Shown here: one piece after another, positions 25,173 to 37,227 of the stretch
How positions within the stretch are numbered: the first letter of the stretch is position 1
Layout: each line of letters starts with the position of its first letter
DNA from: Diadema antillarum
Taxonomy: Eukaryota
Reading direction: 5' to 3'
Assembly (NCBI RefSeq): GCF_040938485.1
Contig: NW_027271112.1
Location: forward strand, 1-64,000
Length of the DNA stretch: 64,000 nt
The notes under the pieces: model-generated
The model's database searches: none
What the model saw: only the letters and a program-made list of their open reading frames with translations
What the model was told of the DNA's origin: nothing
Program-made: the position numbers and the translations under genes

Positions 25173-26280
25173 AATGTAGAGTCTAGGTCTAATTAAGATG
25201 TTACAGTCTCTGATAAGAAACAGGTTTGATTGTCATAGACTGTTTCCCAAATGCAGGTACATGTAGTAATATTCAGCTATTTCAATGCAATGCCTTGTTA
25301 ACAAATACATGTAGATTTATATTCATGTGAATGATAATTCAATTTCTACATGAGACATACCAAGTGCTAAACATAATATCTTGCATCAGTAAAATGTGTA
25401 AATGAAGAGACAATTTGAATATGCATCAAATACGAACAGCAGCATTTTTTGACATTCTTTGATCCTGCATAGGCCTACCATTTTGTTTTATGTTTAATAT
25501 AAATAGAGCAAAATAATTTCAACTTCAGTTTTGTTGGCTGATTTTTTTTTTCTTCTCAAAATTTTTAAAAGTTTGTAAAGTTGTATCTTGTGCCATGATG
25601 TTTGATTTTAATCAAAAGTTCTTAATTTCTTTCTTTTCTTTCAGATGACTGGTGCCATGTAGTAGCGAAGAACTGGACTGTCTCAGAAAAGAAAAGGAAA
25701 AGTACAGGGTCGTGTACATCACCAACGGATGTGAATACAATGGTAATGTAGAGTCTAGGTCTAATTAAGATGTTAAAGTCTCTGATAATAAACAAGTTTG
25801 ATTGTCGTAGACTCTTTCCCAAATGCAATTAGTAATATTCAGCTTTTTCAAAGCAATGCCTTGTTTACAAGGACATGCAGATTTATTCATGTGAATAATA
25901 ATTTAAATTCTACATGAGACTTACTAAGTGCTAGACATAAGATCTTGCATCATTAAAATATGTAAAAGGCGAGACAATTTGAATATGCATCAAAAACAGC
26001 AGTATTTTTTTGACATTCTTTGATCCTGTATACCGTTTTGTTTTATGTTTAATATAAATAGAGCAAAATAATTTCAACTACAGTTTAGTTGGCTGATTTC
26101 TTTTTCTCAAAATGAAAGTTGTATCTTGTATCATGATGTTTGATTTTAATTGAAAGTTCTTAATTTCTGTCTTTTCTTTCAGATGACTGATGCCATGCAG
26201 TAGCGAAGAGCTGGACTGTTTCAGAGAAGAAGAAAAAAGTACAGCATCGTGCTGATCATCAAGGAAAGTGAATACAATGG
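25173..26280 (+). repeat. Diverged tandem duplication (~540-570 bp unit) containing an exon-like cassette
   Basis: AATGTAGAGTCTAGGTCTAATTAAGATGTT at 25173 and 25745. Colinear homology continues to GTGAATACAATGG at 25731 and 26268. Confidence 0.9.
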
Positions 26281-27029
26281 CTTAGGAAAGAAGACAATCT
26301 ACAGATAGGATAGAAGGGAGAAATTGGGATGAAGGGCGACAACATAAGGACGGTATATCTACAGTGAAATGTGATTGTAAAGTGGAAACATGAAAGGAGA
26401 TCCTAAGATTGAAGGTGAAAACAAGGCATTCCATTCTGTGATGTCGTAATTACAATTTTGCTACACTTTAATAACACTACAGAGAGACATTTATATCAAG
26501 GAAAGCTTCATGTGGATATGGAATGTTAGATTTTTTAAAGTGTTCATTGGTATGTATTTCATGATAATAAATCTTGAAGGTTTTGTGTGGTAATCATAAC
26601 CTTGTGATAAATCTTGATAGATTTCTAAGTGCACATTGGCAATATTTAGATGATGCTGTAATCAGATTAAGTTCTGTTCTCCTTTATTCTTTTATTTATT
26701 ATTTTGTTGTCTTCAACCCACTTTGAATGTGTCACGTATGATTCTTATAAACATGGGAACATGCACTCCATGTAAATGATAGGACTTATAACAAATTGAC
26801 ATAATTATTCAACCATCACTAGACAGTTCTGTTATAAGATGTTCTTTATCTAACTAAAATTGTAAATTATGATACGTGTATGTTCCCATGCAAACTCACA
26901 ACAAAATACAGAAATTTGATTTCTTTTAATAATAATTCATTATGTCTCTAAATTTACAATTAAAGAAAGTGATTGCAATGAGGATGTCAAACATCGTATA
27001 TTAAAATAATAGATTATTCATTGGTCTCC

Positions 27030-27185
27030 ATCCGTAGTAACGCACGCAACAGCAGTGTGCAGTTTGTAGGCTGCTGTGAAAAAAAAAATCACACGCAGCC
27101 CAAGCAGGATTCGAACCACGACCTCTGGATTACTGGACCAGCGTCATAACCACTAGACCACCGGAGTGCCCTGGCGCTACCTTTA
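27030..27185 (-). mobile_element. tRNA-derived SINE head (pseudo-tRNA, Thr(AGT)-like loop)
   Basis: Minus-strand A box TGGTCTAGTGG (27150-27160) and B box GGTTCGAATCC (27107-27117). The acceptor stem pairs poorly, so this is not called as a tRNA gene. Confidence 0.7.
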
Positions 27186-28179
27186 CACATGAATAATTAA
27201 GTATAGAAGGGCTTGGGGGCGCTTCGAAGTTTACTGCTCTTATTAAATATGTACATGTCATTTGCAACTCAACTAAAGATGATTAAACACACTGAAATTC
27301 TTACTTTAAATGATATTCATAATCTGTTTTTTTTTTTCTTTAATAGCTTGGGATGTACACTTTATACACTGTATTGGTCTACATTTCGCCTACAATATGG
27401 AATTCTTTACTTCGAGACGTTTGTTTTTAACAAACAAAAAATTAAGAGTCCTTTAAAGGTGCTGTAAAACAGTGGTGTTTGTTTGTTTGTTTGTTTTTTG
27501 GTGGGGGGGGGGGGGAGTCAAATTAGCCTTGGCCCCTCTCCGCCGTCTTTTTTTTTTCCTTTAGCTGCATATTTTTTAGTCATCACATGAAAATTCGTCT
27601 GCATCCACCCCGTAGTTTTGCTGATGACCTTTCTTTTTAATTATTTTAGCCACACACAATTTTGGCTGAATTTCCCCAACCCTCTTGTGAATTTGCTAGT
27701 ACATGTACTAAAACACATTCTCAGAATGTGTTTATAGTACTGGTGGATTAAGGATTCACAGGGAGGGGGGGGGGGGGGGTCGGCCAAAATTTCTCTTTTC
27801 TCATATGTAACAAGCCTTCGGGGCGAAAGGCTGATATTATGGGCTTTCTACACACATTTTTAGATGCTAATTATTGGTTAACATGAGCATGATCATTTAT
27901 GTTGTGATTAATTTGTTTCCTTATATATGTATGACTTCTATTAGAGACTTAATTGGCTTGGCACTCCTTACATCGACCTATTTTAGACACCCATTTCCCT
28001 CTCTCTCTCGTGCTTTTTCTCTACTGTCCTGTGAATAGTGTAACTACATGTACATGCAGTACCTCTTCTCTTTTGTATGATACACATCAAGTTTTTATCT
28101 GAGCATATGGGTGTTGCAGCACTCTCAAGCTTCATGCATATGCAGCAACATCTTTGTGTGGTCATATACATACATGTAG

Positions 28180-28323
28180 TTATGCTTGATATATTAATTT
28201 GAGAATGTTATTCTTTCTCTTGTATATGTTCCGTCCGCACTCTATAGATGTTTATGCTTGATATATTAATTTGAGAATGTTATTCTTTCTCTTGTATATG
28301 TTCCGTCCGCACTCTATAGATGT
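28180..28323. repeat. Near-perfect 2 x 72-bp tandem duplication
   Basis: TTATGCTTGATATATTAATTTGAG..CACTCTATAGATGT at 28180 and 28252. Confidence 0.95.
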
Positions 28324-30623
28324 AAATGTACGATGTAAGATTTGGTGTGCATGTTCGAACTGTGTTCCTCTTTTTGTGAACACACAAGAACTGATATAAT
28401 AATGAACTTGAATTACACATATTCTTGAATCTTGATTCCATCTCCATTTGCCATTAGATATGTATTGATTTATGGAGCTCTTCCACAATTGTTATCCTTC
28501 CCATTGTCATTACTCATCTCTGAATAATTCAAATTTGATATTCTATTGAGGACCTATGTTTCTTCGATTACATAATGTACCTCTTCAATATATTGCTGCA
28601 AAAGGCATAATAAAACATGACCATTATTATATATTTAAAATGAAGCTTGAAATTCTGATAGTGTCGATATTCATGTATTTTTAGGAGTTTATCAGTTTCG
28701 AAGAGTGCATGCAGGATGAGTTTATGTTTTTATATGATCAGGTGCAGCTATCATAGAATCTGTTGAGCAGGAAAGAGAAAGATGGAAAATGAGGAATTAT
28801 GAGTGAATTCGCATGCGAGCCAAATGACAATAATGACACTGATAAAAATTGTGACAAAGTAAATGTCACAAATATGTGGAATAATAAGAAATAAAGAAAT
28901 TAATATATTATTTCAGAGAAAGAAATAACAGAGTGCATGCATGAGTATGAAAGATGAGTAAATACGAGTAATTATTATTGACTGGCACGTCTTTTTCCCA
29001 AGATTTAGCGGTATCCTTCATCTTAGAACAAACATTCATAATTATTATGAAAGAAGTGAACTGAATTTGAATTAAAAATAATGTGAAAAAATGAAAAAGT
29101 AAGTTAATTAAGTAAAAAAAAACAGTAAAAAGTAAAAAATATGAAACACAGTATACCGAATACATGTATTACCAAATGATAGATGTCCAAATGCAAAAGT
29201 GTTAAATAATAATATATCCACAAAAAAAAGGGGGGGGCAAAGAAATCTTTGGAACGATCAACCACAGCTATAATAACAATACATGCGTGTACTAAATGAA
29301 GATGAAAACAATGACAACACTCTTTTTAGAACAATTAAGAGAAACTGGCTTGTATTATCATCTTGATTATCACTAAATGTATTGTAATTATCACAACAAT
29401 CATTACATGACAATTAATTTCAATTAATAAGGTTATTGTTGATAAGCAGGTATAGCCCTAATAGTATTTGTATATAAACACATACGAAAATGAAATAGCG
29501 ACGGTTCGTAAATACACGCGTATTGCACGTTACCTATTGTACAGGCCCTACAGCGCGGGTCTCACGAACCGGCGTAATACAACTTACGTCGGTTCGTGAG
29601 ACCCGCGCTTAAGTACATAACCTATGGTGCGCGCAAGAAACGATGGATTTACGAACCGACGCAGTGAGTTTGAAGACAGAAATATCGTAAATTTTTTGAA
29701 TTCACACTAAAATTACACTATGGATAGGAAGAACAACTTCCACTCTCATCACCCTGTCAAAATTTTCACACACAAGACAGGAAAAGTCATTGAAAACGTT
29801 GTCTAAAACTTGTGAGATCTTTAAACGCGATTTTCTCAGAACTGCATTTTCGCTCAAAAACGAAATAGCGTCGGTTCGTGAAAACGCCGACGATATTTGT
29901 ATCCGAGTGCAAACGTTGGGTTATACACTGTTTAACGTAATCTCTCTCTCTCTCTCTTGCTATATGAAAAGTGTCAACCATCTTCCCCAACACTTTACTA
30001 TTTTGAACTTTGTCTTTATGTGTGATCACTGACAAGGTCATTTTTTATTACTGTATTTCTCTGCAATATACGTATTTTCTTATTGCTCTCCCCTCTCTCC
30101 ATCTCTCATGCACTCTCGTTTCTGTGACATTTAAACCGGCGGCTACATTGATACGACCCGACATCGTGCTGACTTATTGTTCTTGACTGTGTATGTCAGC
30201 ATAGCTCGAGTTGCACATGAAACCACACAACAGCCGAGACAAAGACATTCCCACAAGTTATCACTAAGCGCGCTCGTCACTTGATACATATTCACTCTTC
30301 ATGCGGAATGTACATTCAGTTTGGCAAGTCTTCACATTAAGAATGTGTGAACATCCACTGCTGCTGTCATAAATTGAGCTCACTTTTCACTTGTTCATCG
30401 TCTGAATCTACACCGGGACTACTGTTGATCGGGATGTCATATCTTTGCCCTGAAGGTGAAATTCCCTACCCAAGTCTGATTATCACAAGTTTCCGGTTGT
30501 GTATATATCATTCCTGTTCAAGTTGTTGGATATAACATAATGATGAGCGGTTGGTGAAAGTTTGAAACTACACTTTGTATGAGCATCGGATAAACGTGTA
30601 TGTTATGTAGAATGTGATCTCTA

Positions 30624-30690
30624 GCCGCGGTCACACTGGCAAACGATCTCGACGTTCAAGATCTCGATCTTTTACCAGTGTGACCGCGGC
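30624..30690. mobile_element. Minimal 67-bp hairpin MITE (PIF/Harbinger-like termini)
   Basis: TA|GCCGCGGTCACACTGGCAAA ... TTTACCAGTGTGACCGCGGC|TA. Confidence 0.7.
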
Positions 30691-30788
30691 TAATGCAAAC
30701 ATAAAAAGGGACTTCAAGGTACATTCAGAGCCTTCTAGTACATAAGACAAGGACGCCCTCATGTGGAGAGTACCCTCAAGCCCACTAA

Positions 30789-30878
30789 TGCTGAACCAAA
30801 GAGATTTTCCCCAGTGAGAAATCTCTTTGTGCTGAACACAGGTCACTGATCTCTACTCTCGAGACCAGTGACACAGGT
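30789..30878. mobile_element. Two adjacent CA..TG palindromic inserts with 8-bp TSDs (putative P-superfamily excision footprints)
   Basis: TGCTGAAC|33 bp|TGCTGAAC and ACACAGGT|27 bp|ACACAGGT. Confidence 0.65.
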
Positions 30879-30914
30879 GCACAATATTAACGCGCGTGCG
30901 CGCGCGCCCACACA

Positions 30915-30945
<31 letters not shown>

Positions 30946-31943
30946 CACACACACAGGCACACGCACGCACGCACAGAGAACCGAACTAGCTTATGAAAGC
31001 CACTCGTTGCAAGAAGTATTTTGTAAAAGCTACAAAAACTTTTTAATTCAGCTCCTATGCACTCTAACACCCTGATAACAACTAAAACATGATTGCAAAG
31101 CAAAGAATAATGTCTCATCAATCTCAATTTTTTTCCCTTGCAAGAAAGGAAATTCCATTACAAAAAAAAATTGTCTAAACTTCAATAATTTAGACTTTTT
31201 CTACGTGACCAGCAATTTCTTGTCTCTCCTCGCAACAGAGAATAAAATGTATTACTGGTATCAGATATATATACTGCACACTGAAAATGTACAGGAACTT
31301 ATCAACAACATATACTGTGACTTACAACTTTTCACATTTTTGAAACCTTGCTCTTTCAGAGAACAAAGCCATCATTATTGGCACATCAAGACGAATTGGG
31401 GAATATTTCATCTGGGAACCCATTTCCCTTAGATAGAAATCACCAGCCAACATCCATGCAGCTGTGAAACTGATAACTTGCTCTCTGACTGAGCTTAAAT
31501 CTCGGTATGATGATCACAGAGAAGTACAAGCATCACACTATAAAATTCCTTGTGCACTGTTGTCACTACAGGATATATATTCTGACAATTAGATGCATTG
31601 GAACAGATACAAAAGTTGCTAAAAGAGATGCACATGAAAAAATACCATGTGAAACCAAGCATGTTCTAATGATGATGTAAGAAGACCAGTATGGATTTCC
31701 ATCCTCAACCCGCAAAGAGGTACCAGAAAAATTACCTCACTGCCCTAAACCAACATCTACCCACAATGACACACTATGATAAACACTACCCACATTCTCT
31801 ATGAGTCATACACAACTTACCAGTTGTTGTTAACCCTGAATGTACCAAGACACTTGGCTGTAACTTGATTTTTCATCAACATTCAGATATTTTCTCCACA
31901 CTTACACCTAACTGTAAGTTAGCCAGCCCAACAGCCATAACTA

Positions 31944-32104
31944 CAGTAAACCTTGCTTAAGTCAACCTTGCATAAGTCAAATAATCGCATAAGTTGAAGG
32001 TCTTTTCAAGTCCTCTTCTCTTTATATTCTATTGATTTTAATCCCACATAAGTCAAATTTTCCCTAAGTCAAAGCTATTTCTTCAGTCAAAATAGATTCG
32101 ACTG
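31944..32104. mobile_element. Tc1/mariner (pogo/Tigger-like) MITE
   Basis: TA|CAGTAAACCT ... AGATTCGACTG|TA with repeated TAAGTCAA subterminal motifs. Confidence 0.65.
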
Positions 32105-33844
32105 TATGTACCTCTGTCCAGCAGGAGGGCCATGGTGACACAAGAGGGATTAAGGGGATTACATAATCTCTATTCATTGGCAAATCAAGTTTCTGGACAT
32201 CTGTGCCAGTGGGGAAAGAAATTGCTCCTGCTGATGTGCCAACTGGCGAACAAAGCACATGTAGGGATCAAAAGTGTCAGTCAGTTCAATTTTATGCTTG
32301 CTGATGTATACACAAAATCATACAGACTGATGTCTGCTTAATAATATACTTTGTATCAAAGCTAAACATCACATTATGGTGTATCTGTGTTATATCTGAA
32401 ATGACCCATCTCCCAGGGTACAATTTAGTATTACCTATGGTATATCAGACTTTATTTTGTGCAGTAGGCACAGATTAAGGTTTATTCTGCACATTCAAAG
32501 GAAATTGCATCCAATGTCAGACAGTGTGCACCGAATTAGTCCATTACTATTCACTACCTTGTGAAGTTCAACAGAAAACATACCACTTCAAATATCCCTT
32601 GCTTGCATTTCACAGGTAGTACTGAGACCGTAGTTTGTATATTTGCTTTTTACACAAATATGTTTCATATACGTTCGATTACAAATTAGAAAATTGTAAT
32701 AAACATGTATGATATAGGCGTGGAAAAATGCTAACTTTACTCAATATTGGGATTGTGAAAGCACATTTACGAGTTGTATTGGGAAAAATCATATCACAAG
32801 AATACAGTATAGTCAGTTAACACTTCAGAGAAATAATAAGCCATACTTCACAAAGCTTATACTGGCACCGATGTTATATTTGCTTTGCAACTTTATATAA
32901 ATCTATGTACATAGAATTTATACATACATGTATGCTGTGGGTAAGAGATGTGGAATTCGTACACAGGTTAATCAATTCCTTCTGAATTCAACACTGATGT
33001 GAAATAATATATATTCCTACACTTTGCATCTTATTACATCCCACCCATTGATATACATCACAACATGTACCTGTTAGACATGCCTACACTTTGTGCACTT
33101 TCAATGACATTTGATTTGATTTGATTTGATTTATTTGTTCTAACATAGTTGTTATATCATAGTCATAGTGCACGTGGACAAAATCTGAAAGAAGAAAATG
33201 CTTGAAACCAAGTACCATTTTTGATCTCCCCCAATGGGCCAAAATGTTGTCATTTTGTAGCATCTCCATATACAAAAATCAAAAGTGTCACTGTGTATAT
33301 TCAAACCATATAAGACATGCAAAAAAATACAATTGCTTTTCAATGAGTATTCTCTTACATTTTGCATAATTGCTTTTCTGCATTTGTAGGGTAAAAGTCA
33401 AATGAGAGCAAATCTTTGAATTTCATAATACTTTTCACATTGTTATCCGCGGTGTTGATGAAGAAAATATAGCAGTGTGCATGTTTGCACAGAAAGGAAG
33501 AATTGTTAATTATGTTGCCAGCAACAAACCCTAGAGCTTCTTAAGTCACTGGGTATGGTATGTACATGACTACAGGTACATGACTACCAGAGTGAGTACC
33601 ACAGTGTCCAAAAGAATGCATTGTGAATGGAAAAAAAAAAAGAGTGCTTTCATCATGGAAAGAATAAATGTTGTCAGCAACACTATACTAGAGTAGATAT
33701 GGCATACAGGAATACCACATTATTGCAATACCGGTATTTGTGCGTTGTATGTGGAAAAGAAAAACTGTCGAAAAGCATTAATTACTACTGAATAAGAGGA
33801 GCTGGAAATGCTCTGCTCAAGTGATTTGATTTGCGCTTTGAATA

Positions 33845-34084
33845 CTGTATACGCCGAAAATTTCGCGAGCTTTTTATTTTCGCAAATTTCACAAGTCGGG
33901 TGCTATTCGCGAAATTAAAAACACGCAAAAATATTAACTCTGATCCCGATTTGGATGTGACGTACGCATGTACATTTCTCCGTTCAGTGCAGGACTCCAC
34001 GATTGCGAATTTAACCACTCGCAAAATCGTCAGGAATTCCCAATTCGCGAAAATTTAGACTCGCAAAATATATGGCGTATACAG
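33845..34084. mobile_element. TA-flanked MITE rich in TTCGCGAA motifs
   Basis: TA|CTGTATACGCC ... GGCGTATACAG|TA. A related element lies at 54161-54374. Confidence 0.8.
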
Positions 34085-34267
34085 TATATCATTTCTTACA
34101 TGGGTTCTCGATAGAAAGGTGTGAGCATATCTCTTGCCTCAATTATTATCATGCAATTAACAACATCTGTGCCATTTATTGTGCATGCCATTTGCTATCA
34201 AATCAAATCACACACATGAAGGAACTAATACAGCATGTGCTTACTGTACCAGCTCTTCAAACATACA

Positions 34268-35053
34268 TCATACAGACTGAACTGTTTTGCCACTGAACTG
34301 TATGACGGCATGCTCCCCAGTGACCATCCACTTCTCATTGGCTGCCCCCAGCTGCTCAGCCACACCCTCCCTGAGCCCAACCACCACGTCCGCCTTCAGA
34401 GTCCTGAGGGCACACAGCGGAGCTGGGTGGAAGCCACACAGAGCTTCGTCAAAGGGTGTGGTGTGCGGCCAGTACCTGTCCGCCACCAGTTTCCGATAGT
34501 TCAGGTCGCCCTTGAATAGAATGAGGTCCGCCTTGCTCAGCTCGGCATACAGATCTGGCGCCACTGCTGCCATGCTGCTGAACTCACAGTAAGTTGTCCA
34601 GAACGAATGCTCTTGCAGCACACAGGTCCCTTCGGCCACACGCTGCTTGAAGCGCTGCCCTAGAGACGTTATCGAGTTGTTCGCATTCCCCTGCAGCACA
34701 TCCAGGGTCCAGTCGAAGTCATGCCGGACGACATCGCTGATAAACCACGGCATGGCCTTCATGTGTAGATGAACCTCGTTGATAAGGTTGGTGCGAAACA
34801 GGAAATCGACCAGGACCAAGTCTGTGAAGAGCTCAAAACCAGCATTGTCCAAGACCACATCAAGTCTGACCTTCTTCCCAGTAGTGCTCTTTGCAGCCTC
34901 ACATGCGCTACTCAAGACTTGCCAGAGATTCTGCAAGCTGTTTACCAGGATCTTGGGCTGGAGAGTGGATAGCTGAGCTACAGGACTCAATTTTTGGTAC
35001 TGTTCTCTTCCTGCTGAGATGGAGAGGTCACACTTGTTTCCCCAAAGTGATAT
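34268..35053 (-). CDS. ARMT1: ARMT1 terminal exon 5
   Basis: ISLWGNKCDLS, VLDNAGFEL, PWFISD, FKGDLNYRKL and RTLKAD are DUF89/ARMT1 motifs. Full CDS 1365 nt (454 aa). Confidence 0.97.
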   Translation of the reverse strand: MSLWGNKCDLSISAGREQYQKLSPVAQLSTLQPKILVNSLQNLWQVLSSACEAAKSTTGKKVRLDVVLDNAGFELFTDLVLVDFLFRTNLINEVHLHMKAMPWFISDVVRHDFDWTLDVLQGNANNSITSLGQRFKQRVAEGTCVLQEHSFWTTYCEFSSMAAVAPDLYAELSKADLILFKGDLNYRKLVADRYWPHTTPFDEALCGFHPAPLCALRTLKADVVVGLREGVAEQLGAANEKWMVTGEHAVIQFSGKTVQSV

Positions 35054-35764
35054 CTGAAAAGCAAAACAGTTTCATTTATCATGATTTCAAAACTTGATGC
35101 CGTTCAGGTATAAGAGGTCTGATCTCTGCATAATCATCTTCATACTATTACACCACACATAACTTCAGCACAAATTTGTACAACTGAGATTTACGTCTTT
35201 AACTTTACAGTTTCATTCTGCTATCACATTGACAAAATGTTTGTGCAGATTAAGTGTATAGCAATTCCTACTTTACCCAAGCCAACACTGAAACGTTTAC
35301 ACCAATGAGTTAAAAACTTTGCCACTTCTGAATACCTTATCTAACCTACCACATCTGAATCTCACACAATGACATCGTCTTTTCAGGGCATACCAAAATG
35401 CTAACCAAAAACTTGAAATAATCTACATTAGCTATCATGCTTATATGTATATTCATAATACTGTAGTTTGTTACAACATTTATAATTTCTGAGAAAATGT
35501 ATTGAGACTGTTCTCATGCATGTGTGTACATGTGAGACATACATGCTTTGATTGTTCATTACCTGAGATAGAATCAAATTGGCTGCTAACCTGTACAGTG
35601 GCCACAGATTTATAAGGCCAACCATTTTTGTTTTTCTTGAGCAACTGCTGTACGGACGTTTGACCATATCTGATAATCTTGTGCACAAAATCAAAGCAGG
35701 CCGAGAATACAGAATAAACAAAGAAGAAACAAACGAGAAAAGAAGTGTTTGTAATTGGCCCTAC

Positions 35765-35915
35765 CTGGACAAACTCAGCAAAGCTTTCAAAGCAAGCCCC
35801 TTTCTCAGTCACTGCCTGGTCCAGGTAGGAGGTCAAGGTGACCATGGCATCCTGAGAGGAGTGAAGGGATGCCTGCTTCAGGTGCCTAAACTGGTCAAAG
35901 TCCTTCAGACACTTG
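35765..35915 (-). CDS. ARMT1: ARMT1 exon 4
   Basis: DFDQFRHLKQASL..FAEFVQ. AG/GT boundaries, phase 2 to 0. Confidence 0.9.
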
Positions 35916-36392
35916 CTGCAAGGAGGAAAGGGATAACAATGGGAAATCGATGCCATGACCCAAATATGACTCATGATGTGCGAGTATCATGATGATGAAC
36001 AAATGAATGAATCATATATGAATATGCCTACCAGGGAAAGTTTTTTGAGGTGTCTACGCATTATGTTTTCCTCAGTTATGACTTTCGGACATTGGAACCA
36101 TAAACAATTTCTGAACATTTGTTTACTTTGCTTTTATTTTCACTCTCTCTAGATGATGCTGCTTCTCTGCAAACAAAAGAAATATATAAGTGTCATTCTG
36201 AGGTGAATTATTCTGTAAATACATTCAAACATTGAATGATTTGACAAAAGTTATATGTGTCCTTGTGGAATAAATGCTACCATTGGTCTGGTCATTATAT
36301 ATAACAAAAACTTTTGACATGTCAAATTTTGAGGATCAATTTAATATAACTCTCTTGATTTTAAGCAGTTTGAAAACATCACTATCACCTAC

Positions 36393-36631
36393 CTGAGATG
36401 AATGGCCTCATTGATGGCTCTATACATGTAGCACTCAACATACAACCACGCCGACTTGAACCAGCTTGGGGCCACCCCATCACACCGCTTGGTTTCCTCC
36501 TCAAAGTAACGATTCCACAGAGGAACATCTGATCCACTGTCCTTGAGTAGAGCCAGGGGCTTGTCAGTCTGCATGTGGTTCTTCAGGGCGGAGAGCTTGC
36601 CAACAATCTGTTTGCAATCCTCTCCACCTTC
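36393..36631 (-). CDS. ARMT1: ARMT1 exon 3
   Basis: LSALKNHMQTDKP..WFKSAWLYVECYMYRAINEAI. AG/GT boundaries, phase 0 to 2. Confidence 0.95.
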
Positions 36632-37227
36632 CTGTGAATGCAAAAACAGAAATGCTGTCAACCACTGCTTCCAGCGTAGTGCGTCAGGACCACTGTTTAT
36701 CAAACTTTCTACAAAGTTAGGTGGAATATGACTGGAAAACTATTTGTGATTACTGTGCTACTGATTGAAGTTTTGCTTAAAAAGCATGAGAGGAATTATG
36801 GAGAATATGTCAGGCAAGCTTACCGATTTATCATGGAATCCCTTTATGTAACAGATTTGCATTATAAAATATTCATCACCCTACCATAAATGCATTTAGA
36901 GAAAGGGTAAGGTAACTTCAAAACTTGCTCTGCAACAGCAGCTTCATGCTTAACACTGACCACCATGATTAAGGTTATGTATCTGTGATTGAAAGTAAGT
37001 GAAATAAAATCAACAAGTTTACAACAGGAACATTCAACTTCTAATCATAAGATGGAAGGAAGGAAAGGAGACTTAAGAATGTAACTGATTGTTGCAAATT
37101 ACTTGCCAACTATCTGGGAATCATTGAAATTCTGAACGTCTTTGAGGTTGACAACATTGTGACTCCTCATTACCTTTAACCTGCAACTTCAGCCTTGCAA
37201 AGACTTAAAAACTACTTGGGATCTCAC

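Larger units (their letters stand above)
17025..29892. mobile_element. Large (12.9 kb) TIR-bounded non-autonomous DNA transposon, possibly Sola1-like, hosting an LTR retrotransposon
   Basis: Perfect 32-bp inverted repeats CGTCGGCGTTTTCACGAACCGACGCTATTTCG (17025-17056 / 29861-29892), each flanked by ATAT. Multiple subterminal CGAACCG motifs at both ends. No transposase ORF seen. The superfamily call is inferred from the AWWT-type 4-bp target. Confidence 0.65.

Noticed and set aside
27097-27167. tRNA-Thr(AGT)-like cloverleaf
   Set aside because: The acceptor stem has a C-C mismatch and three G-U pairs, and the anticodon stem has a U-U mismatch. Better explained as a SINE head.
30789-30878. Double hairpin followed by ACA as an H/ACA snoRNA
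   Set aside because: Hairpins are too short and there is no H box. The 8-bp direct repeats explain them better as transposon footprints.
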